Shown: piece after piece, positions 26,741 to 40,305 of the stretch
Numbering within the stretch: the first letter of the stretch is position 1
Layout of the letters: each line of letters begins with the position of its first letter
NCBI GenBank assembly: GCA_964016885.1
Contig: OZ024740.1
Location: forward strand, 239,816,001 to 239,880,000
Reading direction: 5' to 3'
Source: Eledone cirrhosa
Lineage: Eukaryota
Length of the DNA: 64,000 nt
The notes under the pieces: model-generated
What the model was told of the DNA's origin: nothing
The model's database searches: none
Seen by the model: only the letters and a program-made list of their open reading frames with translations
Made by a program: the position numbers and the translations under genes

Positions 26741-27190
26741 TTTCGAAAACCGTAAATCATCTATTGTATATATCATAAATGATGTCTAGTTACATATTGA
26801 ACTGTCCTAATAAAAACATAGGATAACGAGACTCTTTATGAAATTATTCTAAACATATAAATATCAATAAATTATTACTACAATAAGGCAAAAACTTATA
26901 TATATATTAAATTATTAATTGTCAATATTTTTCCGAAAACTTATACATTGCTTGGAAAGTTTTACCAATTGTATGGTGACAACTACTAAATAATTCATTT
27001 TCTTTTTTTGTTGATTAAATTTTCATAATTTGTAATTAGTTGTAGAGTCTCAAGGTTACAAAGATTGCAATTTTGCGAAATAGTTGAGTTTCGATAGGGG
27101 GTAGCATCCTTTAATTTGGTCGAAAAGATGGAGTATTTAATATGTAACTAGACATCATTTATTTACAATAGATGATTTACGGTTTTCGAA
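26741..27190. repeat. ~55-bp inverted repeats around a ~340-bp spacer (MITE-like or fold-back)
   Basis: ttcgaaaaccgtaaatcatctattgta..atgatgtctagttacatatt versus its reverse complement at 27139-27190. Confidence 0.7.
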
Positions 27191-27886
27191 TAAAGCTTTA
27201 AAAAATAAATGTGCTACAGCTGTTTTAATAGCTAAGGATGCTAGCGGAGCATATGGTATATAGTTGGGTTTTTTCTTTCAAATAGCCTTATTTCTTTGTA
27301 TTTTTCATTTTTTTTTTTTTTATTATTATGTTCCTTTATTCCTTTTTATTCCATCATGTTCTATGCGATCCCATATCACTGTCGGAGACATACAACCGAC
27401 GTGGAGACTACAATCCTGCTTACACACTAGTATATGGATTGAGATGATTTAAAATAAAATAATCTATGTTAGTAGAACCGTGAAATAATTTCGAGTTATT
27501 GGGCTTTATGATAACACTGACAAAAAGGATTCAAAACAAAATTGGAGAGATAAGGTTTTAAAAGATTATGAATTAAATGGAACAAGCATTCTTTATGAAT
27601 GAGTATCGAAGCTGTAAACATCTGGCAAAATTTGTTAATATTCATGAAACCGTGTACCATTTTCAACGTTTTGTTCTACCTTCCACTGGTGTGTTATACT
27701 TTTGAGTTCGCATCAAATGACATAAGTATAAACTTGGATCGACAAGCGATATGAAGTGGTCAGATGTTGACGTATCATACAATATAACCAACGACAAAGC
27801 TGTCTTTGACACTTTGCCAATATTTTTCATGAATGATTTCAATGGTATGTAAAATGAAATTTGTCGAGTATTATCTCTCTTTCTGA

Positions 27887-28075
27887 GGGCGGTGAATTGG
27901 CAGTATCGGTAGAGGGTTGGATGCCATGCTTTGATGCATAGAGTTACGGCCCTTGCCATTCTGAGTTCAAATCCCGCCGAGGTTAACTTTGCCTTTCATC
28001 CTTACGGGGTCGATAAAATAAAGTACCAGTAATGCACTGGGTAATTGCTGGCCTTGTGCCAAAAGTAGAAACAAT
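27887..28075 (+). mobile_element. SINE, full length, with target-site duplication
   Basis: A-box-like tggcagtatcggtag, B-box-like gagttcaaatcc; flanked by attatctctctttctga on both sides. Confidence 0.88.
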
Positions 28076-28430
28076 TATCTCTCTTTCTGATATAATAGTA
28101 TATTTGTATGTAATTGTGTTCACTAAAATATCTGTGGCTGCTGCACTATGTAAGCCTTTAACAATGGACTTTTCTGTCGTTAATTTCTTGATACGATGAA
28201 AATGAAATTTTCTTGGCGTTGTCTCTATTTCTTTGGAGTGTTTCTATTTTCTCTTCTTACTGAATACATTGTTCTCTTCTCCCACCTTCGAAAAACAGGA
28301 TTACAGTTTACTTAGAATGGACGTTGCAAACAAATTCGCATACGCACGCATACATACAAAAAACGAACACACACGCATGCACAAACAACCAAATACACAC
28401 ACATTTATATATATATATATATATATATAG

Positions 28431-28565
28431 CGAGGGAAAAGTGGTAAGGAACCAGGTGGACCATAACGCACCAAAGTACTCAATACTTAGGGTAGTAGAG
28501 TGGGTAATAGGAGTAAGTAAGACCCCGACGGCTGAGCTCAAGCCGTTTCGACGGCTAATTCTGTA

Positions 28566-28567
<2 letters not shown>
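28431..28567 (-). mobile_element. PLE 3' terminal fragment with 3' half of HHR, in (TA)n
   Basis: Reverse complement of gaattagccgtcGAAACggcttgagctcagccGTCgggg seen at the end of the PLE (54841-54893). Confidence 0.8.
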
Positions 28568-28600
<33 letters not shown>

Positions 28601-28604
<4 letters not shown>

Positions 28605-29531
28605 ATAATAAATTTGAAGACTAAAATCCAAAGAGGGCTCGATAAGGATAAATATATATCAAATATATAAGAACCGTAGAGCAAATATTTACTTATTTGC
28701 ATAGGTAAGTATATATTTTCCGTATTTATTGTGAAAGTACGTATACCTTCGCGTACGTATATTTGATTGTTATGGCGTATACATTTTTTTATATTTCTGG
28801 TACATATGGTTTGGCTATGTGTATACGGGTGTTTTGCGTCTGTGTGAGTATGCAGGTTCGTACGTATGTAGGGCGTGTGTATATGTGTACTTCATGTTTT
28901 GGTTGACTTACGAACATTCGTGTGTTTACATGTAGGTATGTGTGTGCGCTTGTTATATACGTATTTATTTATTTATATACGTTTATATAATTATTTATTT
29001 ATTTGTAGACACGCTTACACACACACACATATTTATATGTGCGTGGTTTTGTTTACCTATGGTAAGTTTTGCGTATGCTTGTGTATGTACGTATCTGTTT
29101 GCGTGTTTGTATTTATTTATTTACTTCTGTATTGTATTTATTTACTTTGTTCTTAACTCTGTAGCGGAGATTCATTCGGTCTCCACATATGACGTAGTAT
29201 CTTCGTTTTATCGTTCATTGCCAGAGAACGTCTCTATGCACCACCTAAGAGAACATTAGTCTACGACCTCTTTTATACCATAAACGTGGTTCTGTCTTTG
29301 CGCATAATTGCTTTTCACCGCTCCTATTAATGACGTATTATATTCGTTTTTTCCCGTTCTTAGCCAGCGAACGTTTCCACGAACCAAAGTATCGTCTTCC
29401 TGTCTTCCTCCGGTTGCAACGTTTTTTGAAATATCCAGTTCTGCGTTTACAGATTGACTTTGTTAGTTTCAGAAGATCCCGTTAAGGGTGAAAGCAGCGA
29501 TTCTTTGCTTAAATTTTAATCTGTTATTTTA

Positions 29532-29540
<9 letters not shown>
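28601..29540. mobile_element. (TA)n-bounded non-coding insert related to 12635-12846
   Basis: Both ends match 12635-12846; internal 29255-29455 resembles 59830-60025. Confidence 0.55.
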
Positions 29541-29614
<74 letters not shown>

Positions 29615-29928
29615 TATATATATGTATATATGTGTGTGTGTGCGCACATATATATATATATAAACACACACACATATATATGTGTGTGCGTGTGTGTGTA
29701 TGTGTGTGTATGTGCTTGTGTGTGTGTTAGTGTGTGGGTATATCTATACATAAGAAAGTGCACTGTCACAATGCTAATGCTTTCATTATTCAATGAAAAT
29801 TGTCTCATAAACCAAGAAAGAAAAGAACTTTCGAGTTTTATGGTTTCTGAATATCTGGGATTCAAAATAAAAATTCTAATACGTTTTAAAAAATGTATAG
29901 TCAAATATTTCTTTTTCACAATTGTAAA

Positions 29929-30007
<79 letters not shown>

Positions 30008-30140
30008 TTACACGTACGTGCGCTTACACGTACGTGCGCGCATATGCAGAACCAAACACCCACATACAGATAAAGTGAAAGATTACAATGCTAATGATAT
30101 CATTCTTGCATACAAATTACGCTCATTATTTCTCTCGCGA

Positions 30141-30528
30141 GGGCGGTGGATTGGCAGTATCGGTAGAGAGTCGGACGCCATGCTTTCCAGCATAGTTACG
30201 TCCCTTTACGGTCTGAGTTCAAATCCCGTCGAGGTTAACTTTGCCTTTCATCCTTACGGGGTCGATACAATAAAGTACCAGTAATGTACTGGGTAATTGC
30301 TGGCCTTGTGCCTAAAGTAGAAACAATTATTTCTCTCGTGAGGTGGTCTGGCAGTATCGGTAGAGGGTCGGATAACAGGCTTTGCAGCACAGAGTTACGC
30401 CCCTCTCTGGTCTGAGTTCAAATCCTGCCGAGGTTAATTTTGCCTTTCATCCTTACAGGGTCGATAAAATAAAGTACCAGTAATACACTGGGTAATTGCT
30501 GGCTTTGTCCCAAAAGAAGAAACAATTA
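30141..30528 (+). mobile_element. Two tandem SINE copies
   Basis: 30141-30328 and 30341-30528; attatttctctcg(c/t)g occurs three times (before, between, after). Confidence 0.88.
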
Positions 30529-30844
30529 TTTCTCTCGTGTAAAATGTAACAGAAAAAATGGGAAAACCGCTTTTTTTTTTTGCTGGGTTTTTGTCATATT
30601 ACTAATCTAATCTTTAAAATAAAAGGCCTAATGCCGTTTTACAAAAGATCATTATAAAACAAATAGGAGCGATTACATACTGAGAAATTGAAATTTCAAA
30701 AGATTTATTTGTGGCAGAATTGTAATTTCCTATATTTTAAATATAAAAACCGGCGGAGATTTTTGAGAAAGAGCAATTGAAGTTACACCGAGTGCTTATT
30801 CAGAAACTCCGATTTTCTTTTTTGATTGAAAAAAGAAAATACCG

Positions 30845-30995
30845 TCCGGAGACCAATGTGTAGACCCTGAGCAAAATGGTTGGATAACATCCATGAGCTC
30901 GGTTGGTCTCGCTGTGATCAATTGGAGACGGTTGCTTGTGGCAGGACCCACTGAAAGGTGTGTTTGACGAATGTGCCCCCCACGACCCTCTCAGT
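30845..30995 (+). mobile_element. RTE-like non-LTR 3' fragment
   Basis: Translates approximately RPMCRP*AKWLDNIHELGWS..PPRPS, resembling the RTE C-terminal GRP..W.D motif. Confidence 0.5.
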
Positions 30996-31307
30996 ATTAA
31001 CTGAGATGTTATTTCTATGCGTCAACTACATACTTTAGAGTATACCATTTCAGCAGCATAGACTAATGATCACGGCACAATCTTACTGTACTTTACTTTA
31101 AGGAAAAATATAAGGCAAACAGCTAATACTGATAGTTAATGAACTTGACAGGTAAATATGCTACTGATCTAAAAAAACAGGTACATAATTAATCACGGAT
31201 TACACCTTGACTTGGATTATAAGAAAAGTATAATGAATCACACATAGACACACACGCATACATACATATATATATATTTATACATACATACATACACACA
31301 CATACTC

Positions 31308-31376
<69 letters not shown>

Positions 31377-31431
31377 TATATATATATATGTGTGTGTGTG
31401 TGTATACATAGATAGACAGATAGATAGATAT

Positions 31432-34400
31432 ATTTCTTTATTTGCCACAAGGGCGCAAAAAGATGGGGACAAATACAGAGTGGGGAAAATACAGAGTGGG
31501 GAGTTTACATACATGCGCGTAAAAAAATAGAATTAATAAAATAACAAATAACAAATAACAATTAATAATTGATATCCCCAATAGAGGGGAGGCGTTACAC
31601 ATGGGTAGTACACACCCCGAAAAAATGTACAACACTCATCTCTTCCTCTTTTTCCTCAACCTACAGATTTATATAGAGAGAAGGCCCAACCAATCGGGCC
31701 ATCCTTGCCACATTCACCCACCTTTCGTAAAATTTGCTGGGGTGCAGCGCCTCTCTCTCCACTCTGATTCTTCTTCTAAAATGATATTTGAAAAAGCGAA
31801 ACAGTTGTTGGCCGGAGAAAAAGATGTCTGACCTCAGCCCTTTCAGTCTCGTCCACCATATACCCTCTTTCACCATAGCCATTACACAAAGTAAAACCGC
31901 CTCTCCTTCGTTTTTGAAGGAAGGTGGCGGTTTGATCGCAATAATGGACTCGATGGTCAACCGGATTTGTCCCACCCGCGACAGTAGTCGTTCTGCATAG
32001 CTCCACAGGTCGGTAACGCCGGGGGAGTGAACGAATGCGTGCGCGACATTTCCTCGTCCCGCACGCATGACGGACAGATCTTTTTCGAAGGGTCCCTGCC
32101 CGGTCGCTCGTGTCTATAGAGCTTGTCTCGAACGGGTAGAGCTTCTCGGTAGCACTGCCAGGCCAGGGACTTTTGGAAGTTGTCAATCGGTTCCGGGCGG
32201 AATGTCCTACCGAACATACTGGCCAGTTCGTCTTCCTCTACGCCTAGAGTTGCTCTGAGAGTGTCGTCGCACTTGCTGCGGACTAACCCTTTATAGAATC
32301 TCCACTGATCGCCGGGTCCGTTTGCCAGAGGACTGTGAGCGCCTGAGCACATTCGATGTGCCAGTCGCCCATTTTCTTCGGTCTTTGCTTGACCCACGAC
32401 TGCAGCTCGGTCAGCGAGACGAGTCACGGGAAGGCTCGCCTCAACGGGGCCCACACCGGTTGTTGGGTGAGGAATACATGGAGGTGCCGCAGCCTGAGTG
32501 CGTGTTTGCGCATCGTCAGCCATGGCATCTCCATCCCTCCGTTTGAAGGGTGTTGACAGCAGATGGATCTTCTCACAAAAGGAGTCCATTTCTTCCAAAG
32601 ATATTGGAAGAGCATGCGCTTCATTTTGGTGAGCGTTTTACTTGGACAAGCTGTAGTGGATGACGGACGCTATGAAAGCGTTCGCCACCTCCGCTCGACC
32701 TTTCAAGGATAGTTTGCACTCTGCCCACTTCTGGGCGAGCGCAAACACATTGGCCGTCACCTCGTTCCAGTTTTTCTCCACCTGGAGGTCCGGTCCGAAC
32801 CAGACCCCGAGCAGCTTCACCGGTTTCTCCGTTCAGCGTCCGACGACGCCGTCGGAAAGTATCGGTTTGCCTCTCCACGAATCGAGTTGCAAACCGACGG
32901 ACTTGTCCCGGTTCAGCTTCGCTGCTGTGAACCTTTCGTATTCCTTCAGTAAGGTGCCGACTTCCCCGATTTGCGAGGTGCTCGACACCAATACTGTCAC
33001 GTCGTCGGCGTAGTCCGACGCCCCTTTTCGCAGTCCCGGTTCCAACGGGATGCCCTGCAGTAGCTCCAACTTCCGCAGTAGTGGCTCGAGTGTCAGTACA
33101 TACAGGAGGATGGATCGCGTGATTTGGAACGGCTCCGAGAGGTAGCCATTCACCTTGAACCTTGAACAGATGTTGCTGCTGTGCATGGCAGCGATCCAGT
33201 CCCTAGACATGGGTCCGAAGCCTGCCGCCGCGAGCACCGCATCCAAGTAACGATGGTCGACTCTATCGAATGCCTTAGACTAATCAAAATTTATCAGTGC
33301 CCCACCGAAGCCGGGTTCACACCCCACCCTCTCTACGATGTATCGCATGAAGTGGAGGTTGTCGTGGATGGACCTGGTCGGGATTGCGCATGTCTGCGCT
33401 TCTCCCACCAGGTTTTCGACGACAAGCGCCAGCCTCTTTGCTAACGCCTTGGCCAAAATCTGTAACTCTGTGTTTAGCAGAGTTATGGGTCTGAAGTTAT
33501 TAAGGTCGTCTCCTTTGTTCTCGTCCTTCCTGACCATTGTGACTACGCCCTTGGTCATAGAACTGGGAATTCTCCAGTTCTGCTGCCAGTTGCAGTTGAC
33601 CGCTTCGAGGAGACCGGAAAACAAGTCCGGCATTGCTATGTAAAATTCGTAGGGTAGACCGTCGAGAGCTGCCGATTTGCGTTCGCCGCATTGGCTCAGC
33701 GCGACCCCTATCTCAGCGGCCGAAATCGGCCTTTCGCAGAACTTCGCCTCCCCGTCCGAGAGTCGCGGCAGGCCGTCGAGGTATGGACCGAAATCCATAG
33801 CCCCTCCCGGTGCGCCATGCTGCCCGAACAGTTGTGCAAAGTGCCGCTGAAAGGCCGCGCACATCTGCTTCGGTTCAAGTATCATGCCTCCGTCTTCGTC
33901 CTTCAAAGACCGAATCGTGGACTTGTTGCCGCTTTTCGCCTGTCACTCGGGCCCAGCTAACAGCTTTGGCTCCCTCGTTTCCCAGAGCACGTGTTTTACT
34001 CCTGACAACGCTGCTTCGTGGTTTGCGTCGAAGATCTGGTTCAGGGCCGTTTTTGTCGCTAGCACGTTAACTACGCTGCCACTCCTAATCGCCCCTTCTA
34101 CTTTATCTACCAGTTTCTTTTCAGTTTTATACCTATGTAACGCTAGTTCTTTACTAAAGTCTATCGATTCTAATCTAATTTCTCTCTTAAGAGAGCACCA
34201 CCACCTGTTGTTGACAATTGCCCCCGTCAACTGCTGCTTAACTAAAGTGCTAATCCGACTACTGTATGCTTTACGTGTCGGTAACGATACGTTCAGCTTC
34301 CAGCAGCCGGGTCCCTGCCTATGGGTTCTATCAAAGTTGACTACGCAGGTCACTAGTTTGTGATCTGAATAGGCAACCATGAACATGTGTGGACAGTTTA

Positions 34401-34481
34401 ATATGTCCCTATCTCTATCTCTAATTAGAAACCTATCTAAGTACGATCTAGATGTCCCGCTACGGTTCGTCCACGTCCACA
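31432..34481 (-). mobile_element. Tx1/L1-clade copy C, 5'-truncated within APE domain, frameshifted
   Basis: Minus ORFs 33943..34500 (SRSYLDR, SDHK), 33280..33906 (NFRPITLLN), 32833..33246 (YADD), 31661..32068; AATAAAGAAA 3' end. Confidence 0.92.
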
Positions 34482-34621
34482 GATATACATATGCATGCAT
34501 CTCTCACTTATCTCTCACATATCTGTTTGCATATATATGCGTGTATGTATATGAAACATAATTCTGTACAATTGCAGTGACCTTCATCTGATAATACTTA
34601 TAATTTGCTCAGAAGCAATAA

Positions 34622-34811
34622 ATAATTGTTCCTTTTGGCACAAGGCCAGCAAATACCCAGTACATTACTGGTACTTTATTTTATCGACCCCCTAAGGATG
34701 AAAGGCAAAGTTAACCTCGGCGGGATTCGAACTCAGATCTAAAGGGATGTAACTCTTTGCGTCAAAGCATGGCGTCCGACCCTCTACTGATACTGCCAAT
34801 CCACCGCCCTT
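34622..34811 (-). mobile_element. SINE with TSD
   Basis: Reverse complement of family; gaagcaataaataat on both flanks. Confidence 0.85.
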
Positions 34812-35054
34812 TGAAGCAATAAATAATGATCGAAAACCAATACGTTAAATATAGAAACATTTAGCTCAATGACTGATTAGAGAAAATCCAGACAACGATT
34901 CACATGAATATAAAAAAATATAGATACATACATACATACATACATACATTCATATTTACATACATACATACATTCATACATACATTCATACGTACATACA
35001 TATATACATACATACATACATTCATACATACATATTTACATACATACAAACATG

Positions 35055-35960
35055 CGAATTCGAAACAACTATCGTCTCTGCATTACACAAAAAAAAAACA
35101 ACAAAGCATCAATATTGATAACCCTGAGACTTCGGTCCGAAATCTAACCTTCTGCCGACGGTATCTTATCGACCTTTACCATCAAGCTCTTAATGGAAAT
35201 ATAAATAACTATAGCCAAGTTAATTTGGCTTCGGCAGAAATAAAACTATCTCAAAATGTAACTTTTCACTGGGCGAAAAACTATCGGCCAATTGCTTGCT
35301 AATATTTAATCTATGAAATGTATGCAACCTGAAGTTTATTCCTGCAAGATCATGGGGAAAGCAGTCATATTATTACAGCCACAATAGCAGCTAAGAAGAA
35401 TGTAGTTTGGAGATGGGCTGAGAAACTTCTAACTAATTTCAGCAATGCAGTAACATACATAAAAATTAGTATGCAGTCGCATACACACAAATTACAACGC
35501 ATTGTATTCTGTGTCCAATTTCGAGTTGCTCAGGTTCCAAAAACTACAATCAAGGCCTTAGAAATCCTGGCCTATCTTAGCCTCCATTCTGAATTTAAAT
35601 AGAGGAAGTGATATTATCGTCACTGTTAGGATACAGTATCGCAGGGTTGTATTTCGATGGAACAAAATATCTGTGATATTGTTTATATTTGCAGTTAGTC
35701 CCTTGTGTTTTTTTTTTTTGTTGAAGAAACCCGAGGGGGCACATACTCGACCCACAGAAAGAAATACCAATATAGCGTTACATTTTTAGACAATTTTAAT
35801 TGTTTTAATATGAAGGGTTTGAAGAAGAGGCTTGGCCAGGATAAATGTTCTTGTGTGATTGTTAAACGACGGAGAACAAATCTCTCAAACAACATTTCTA
35901 TCAATGTCTTGCTAATTTCTATACTTGAGCAATATAACACCCTCAGAACTCTCTATATAT
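35055..35960 (+). mobile_element. Highly decayed Dong/R4-like RT fragment after a (CATA)n tract
   Basis: FCRRYLIDLYHQAL and AKNYRPIAC match the 19325..20350 protein; further collinear remnants to ~35850. Confidence 0.7.
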
Positions 35961-36669
35961 TATAAATGTATGGACTACAATGTGTTTCCTGTACCAGTAC
36001 TCATACTCGATCCGGGCCATTGATGTTAAAGCATCTCATCAGACAGTTTCCTTCAGGCTATTTTCTGTCAAAGTTTCCTTCAGGCTATTTTCTGTCAAAG
36101 CCAAAAATTTGTGCATAAATTGAGAAGATTTGGCCGATAATTTACGCAGATAGACGTTCCATTATGGTTGAATGTATTTCATGAAAGAATGGACTGAAAG
36201 TATATTTGCAAATATACAGAGACTGGGATCAGTAGTAGGGAAGTAGAGTGTAGTGGTAATCTAGCAGGATGTGCAAGGAAGGAGGGACGCTTAAAGTGAA
36301 TATATAACTATACAGAAAATGGAGTTTGTAATCGTGTAGGGTAGTAGCATACACAACAATGTGCATGAATATGTAGTAGTGCAATAGTATGTAGTGATAT
36401 AGTGGAATATATAGTTGGTTGTGTAGTGGTATATATAGTAATGTAATGGATTATGCAAGGGAGGAGTGACGCAGAGTACATTTTGTAAATACAGAGATAG
36501 AAAGATGTAGTAGTGTAGTGAAGTGTGTAGCAGTGTAATCGAGTATGTAGTTGTGTAGTGGAGTGTGTGGTGGTTTAGTGGCGCATGCAAGGTAGAGAAA
36601 CTAATTTGTAAATGTTCAGTTGAAAGCTGACATATGTAACTGAAACGACATCAAATGCAGGTCTTCCTT

Positions 36670-37270
36670 CAGGTGGATCGAGTCTGGCTTGGACAAATAC
36701 CACCTCGCCTACATCCGATCCGCTTCACAACCAAACAGCAGTACATGGCTCAATCCGGTGTACTCCTCCTCAACCGGTGCATTTCTTGATGACGAGTGCA
36801 CTCGCATCGGAGTGGCCCAATGCCTAGGCCTCCACGTGTGTGGGCCACACAAATGCTGTTGTGGGGCTTTCGTTGACACGTTTGGCCTGCACCCACTGTC
36901 ATGCCGCCAGAGCGCAGGCCGGTTCTCAGTGAGATATTGAGAAGGTGCCTGGATGCAGCTGGTTTCCCGTCACAACTGGAGCTAGCAGGCCACGACCGCA
37001 GAGACGGCATGCGCCCCGATCGAATTAACCTCTTCCCTTTCGAATGAGGTAAATCCCTCATCCGGGACGCCACGTGTTGGGACACGTTCTCCGTCCTCAG
37101 ACCCCGTACTTCCGAGCTTCTCCGCAAAATCAGAACGTCAGTAATCCGTCTGAGAAAGGAACTCCGCAACATGGGGTGGCTGTTGCAGCGTGTGTCGCTG
37201 ACCATTTTCTGCGTGGTGCAACCCAAACTCCACCCTGCTCTAGGCCTAGAGCACATCACTCTCCCCCTTT
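36670..37270 (+). mobile_element. CRE-clade-like RLE non-LTR 3' fragment
   Basis: WLNPV..LDD..RIGVAQCLG..CCCG..D..GLHPLSC and RPD..PF..GKSLIRDATCWDT motifs. Confidence 0.75.
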
Positions 37271-37679
37271 TTTCTGTTGTCCAAGAGTCTTTGCTTTTTC
37301 CCTCCTTTTTCCTCTCATTTATGACATTTATGGTCCTTTCCTCTACTTTCTCCTATACAACCAGATAGGCCCTTCTTTACCACTTCCCTTATTTCTCATT
37401 ACATAATTTTGATATTTATGTAATCATCAATAATTTTGATATTTATGTAATCATCAATGTTTTTTAGGCCAACGTTGGGATTAAAATAAAGTACCCAGTT
37501 ACTGATGGTTTTTAAAAAACATGCAGTTAGTAAAAGTTGACAATAATAAACATCTATCCTTATAGTGGAGTAAACAGCAGTGTTTGGAGATCTGTATGTT
37601 ATAACCTAGTGCAGTCAAGTAGTGCACCAGAGTCTTTTATAGTGTTGTCCAGTCACGAGAGCATCATGAGAATGTTGTA

Positions 37680-39300
37680 GTGTTGTATTGAGGTGGTGTA
37701 TGTAGTATTGTAATGGTGTATGTATTATTGTAGTGGTGTATGTAGTAGTGCTGTGGTGTATCTAGTGGTTTATTGGTGTAGTGTAGGGGTGTAGTGGTGT
37801 AGTCGTGGATGTAGTAGTGTAGTGGTGTATGTAGTATTGTAAAGGTGTATGTATTATTGTAGTGGTAGATGTAGTGGTGTATTGGTGTAGTGGTGTATGT
37901 AGTAGTGTAGTGGTGTGTGTAGTATTGTAGTGGTGTATGTAGTAGTGCTGTGATGTATGTAGTGGTGTATTGGTGTGTAGTGTAGGGGTGTAGTGGTGTA
38001 GTGGTGTATGTAGTAGTGTAGTGGTGTATGTAGTATTGTAGTGGTATATGTAGTAGTGCTGTGGTGTATGTAGTGGTGTATTGGTGTAGTCTAGGGGTAG
38101 TGGTGTATGTAGTAGTGTAGTGGTGTATGTAGTAGTGTAGTGGTGTATGTTAGATTGTAGTGGTATATGTAGTAGTGCTGTGGTGTATGTAGTGGTGTAT
38201 TGGTGTGTAGTGTAGTGGTGTATGTAGTAGTGTAGTGGTGTATGTAGTATTGTAGTGGTATATGTAGTAGTGCTGTGGTGTATGTAGTGGTGTATTGGCG
38301 TGTAGTGTAGGGGTGTAGTGGTGTAGTGGGGTATGTAATAGTGTAGTGGTGTATGTAGTATTGTAGTGGTATATGTAGTAGTGCTGTGGTGTATGTAGTG
38401 GTGTATTGGTGTAGTCTAGGGGTGTAGTGGTGTAGTGGTGTATGTAGTAGTGTAGGGATGTATGTAGTATTGTAGTGGTATATGTGGTAGTGCTGTGGTG
38501 TATGTAGTGGTGTATTGGTGTAGTGTAGGGGTGTAGGGGTGTAGTGGTGTATGTAGTAGTGTAGTGGTCTATGTAGTATTGTAGTGGTATATGTAGTAGT
38601 GCTGTGGTGTATGTAGTGGTGTATGTAGTTGTGTAGTGGTGTAGTAGTGTATGTTGTAGTGTAGTAGTATATGAAGTAGAGTAGTGGTGTGTCGTAGTGT
38701 AGTGGTGTATGTTCTAGTGTAGTGGTGTATGGTGTATGTTGTAGTGTAGTGGTGTATGTTGTAGTGTAATAGTATATGTATTAGTGTAATGGTGTATATA
38801 GTAGTGTAGTGGTGAAAGTAGTGTATGTTGTAGTGTAGTAGTATATGATGTAGTGTAGTGGTGTATGTCGTAGTGTAGTGGTGTATGTAGTAGTGTACTG
38901 GTGTCAGTAGTGTAGTGGTATATATGTAGTGTATGTTGTAGCGTAGTGGTGTATGATGTAGTGTAGTGGTGTATGTTGTAGTGTAGTAGTGTATGTTGTA
39001 GTGTAGTGGTATATGTTGTGTAGTGTAGTAGTGTATGTAGTAGTGTAGTGGTGTATATTGTAGTGTAGTGGTGTAGTAGTGTATGTTGAAGTGTAGTGAT
39101 GTATGATGTAGTCTAGTGGTATATGTTGTAGTGTAGTAGTGTGGTGGGGTTTGCGGTATTGTAATGGTGTATATAGTAGTGTGGTGAGGTCTGTAGTAGT
39201 GTAGTGGGGGTTTGCAGTATATATAGTAGTATAGGGAGCATATGTAGTAGAATATGGATGAGTGTAACGGTTGTGACGCAACGTAATGGATTTTGTAGTG
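37680..39300. repeat. GTA/GTG-rich minisatellite, ~20-bp basic unit (tgtagtggtgtatgtagtag)
   Basis: Directly visible; degenerate relatives at ~36230-36590 and (reverse) ~63200-63310. Confidence 0.9.
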
Positions 39301-39402
39301 TATATGCTATATCTTAACTATTATAAAGAAAGGAGTGCGGGACTGCGTACATCATTTTTTTTTTATCCCATTTGCAAAATAAGTTGGATTACTTTGAATA
39401 AA

Positions 39403-39478
39403 TAATTGTTTCTACTTTAGGCACAAGGCCAGCAAATACCCAGTGCATTACTGGTACTTTATTTTATCGACCCCGTAA
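39403..39478 (-). mobile_element. 5'-truncated SINE with TSD
   Basis: actttgaataaataat on both flanks. Confidence 0.8.
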
Positions 39479-39949
39479 CTTTGAATAAATAATGAATGAA
39501 TATTACATAATTCATCTACTAAATTTCGTAACTCTTGATTAAATATATTTTATTGCTTATTTAAAGATTCAGTTCTTTAAAATTTTCAAATGTCAACACA
39601 TCCGATTAGCGGTCGCTTAAATAAACATTCATATATTTCCGTCACTATTTTTTTTCCTAATGCAGTTTATATATAATATCATCGTTTTTAATGTATCATG
39701 GGTTACTTTACTGATTACATAAGAGAGTGTAATGCAGACTTCGTTCAATTTCTGTGGATATTGTCAATTACGATTTTATCGACATGCATATATATTTGTG
39801 TATAATATCAATATGTACACTACACATGCTAGCAGAAACCCACCAGAAGGGTGGTTTTTCTGCTAGTGTAACTAATTTAGTGGAATATGGATTGTAGTGG
39901 ACTCTGTATTAGTTTCGTGGTAATAAAGAGTTAAACATATCCAAGAAGG

Positions 39950-40305
39950 AGGGATCTTCTTGTAAAGCCTCCCCTGTAAAGTCTATGCTAAGTGTCTGGC
40001 AAAGAAGTGCAGGGAGATTGTTAAGTCCAAGCTAGCTGATGAACAGTGCCGTTTTCTCCACGGTCGCAGCACAGCCTATCAAATATTCACACTACGGCAG
40101 GTCTTTGAAAAATCGTGGGAGTACTGCGAAGGGGTATATTCTTGTTTTTTTTTCGACCTTGAACAGGCATATGACCGCGTTCCACGGGACCTGCTGTGGA
40201 AGGTTGTGCAGGAGTATGGGATCGATTGTCAGCACCTTGTATTTATCCCCAAATAAATGGTGCTAAATCGAAACTATTCAATGTGGGAGTCGAACTCCAC
40301 CTAGA
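39950..40305 (+). pseudogene. RTE-like reverse transcriptase fragment
   Basis: Translates KVYAKCL..EQCRFLHGRST..QIFTLRQVFEKSWEY..DLEQAYDRVPR. Confidence 0.8.

Noticed and set aside
27887-27980. tRNA gene (A/B-box-like motifs)
   Set aside because: No cloverleaf; it is the head of a dispersed SINE with TSDs
39829-39867. Hairpin followed by T-run as an intrinsic terminator
   Set aside because: Eukaryotic context; more likely a small transposon-end palindrome
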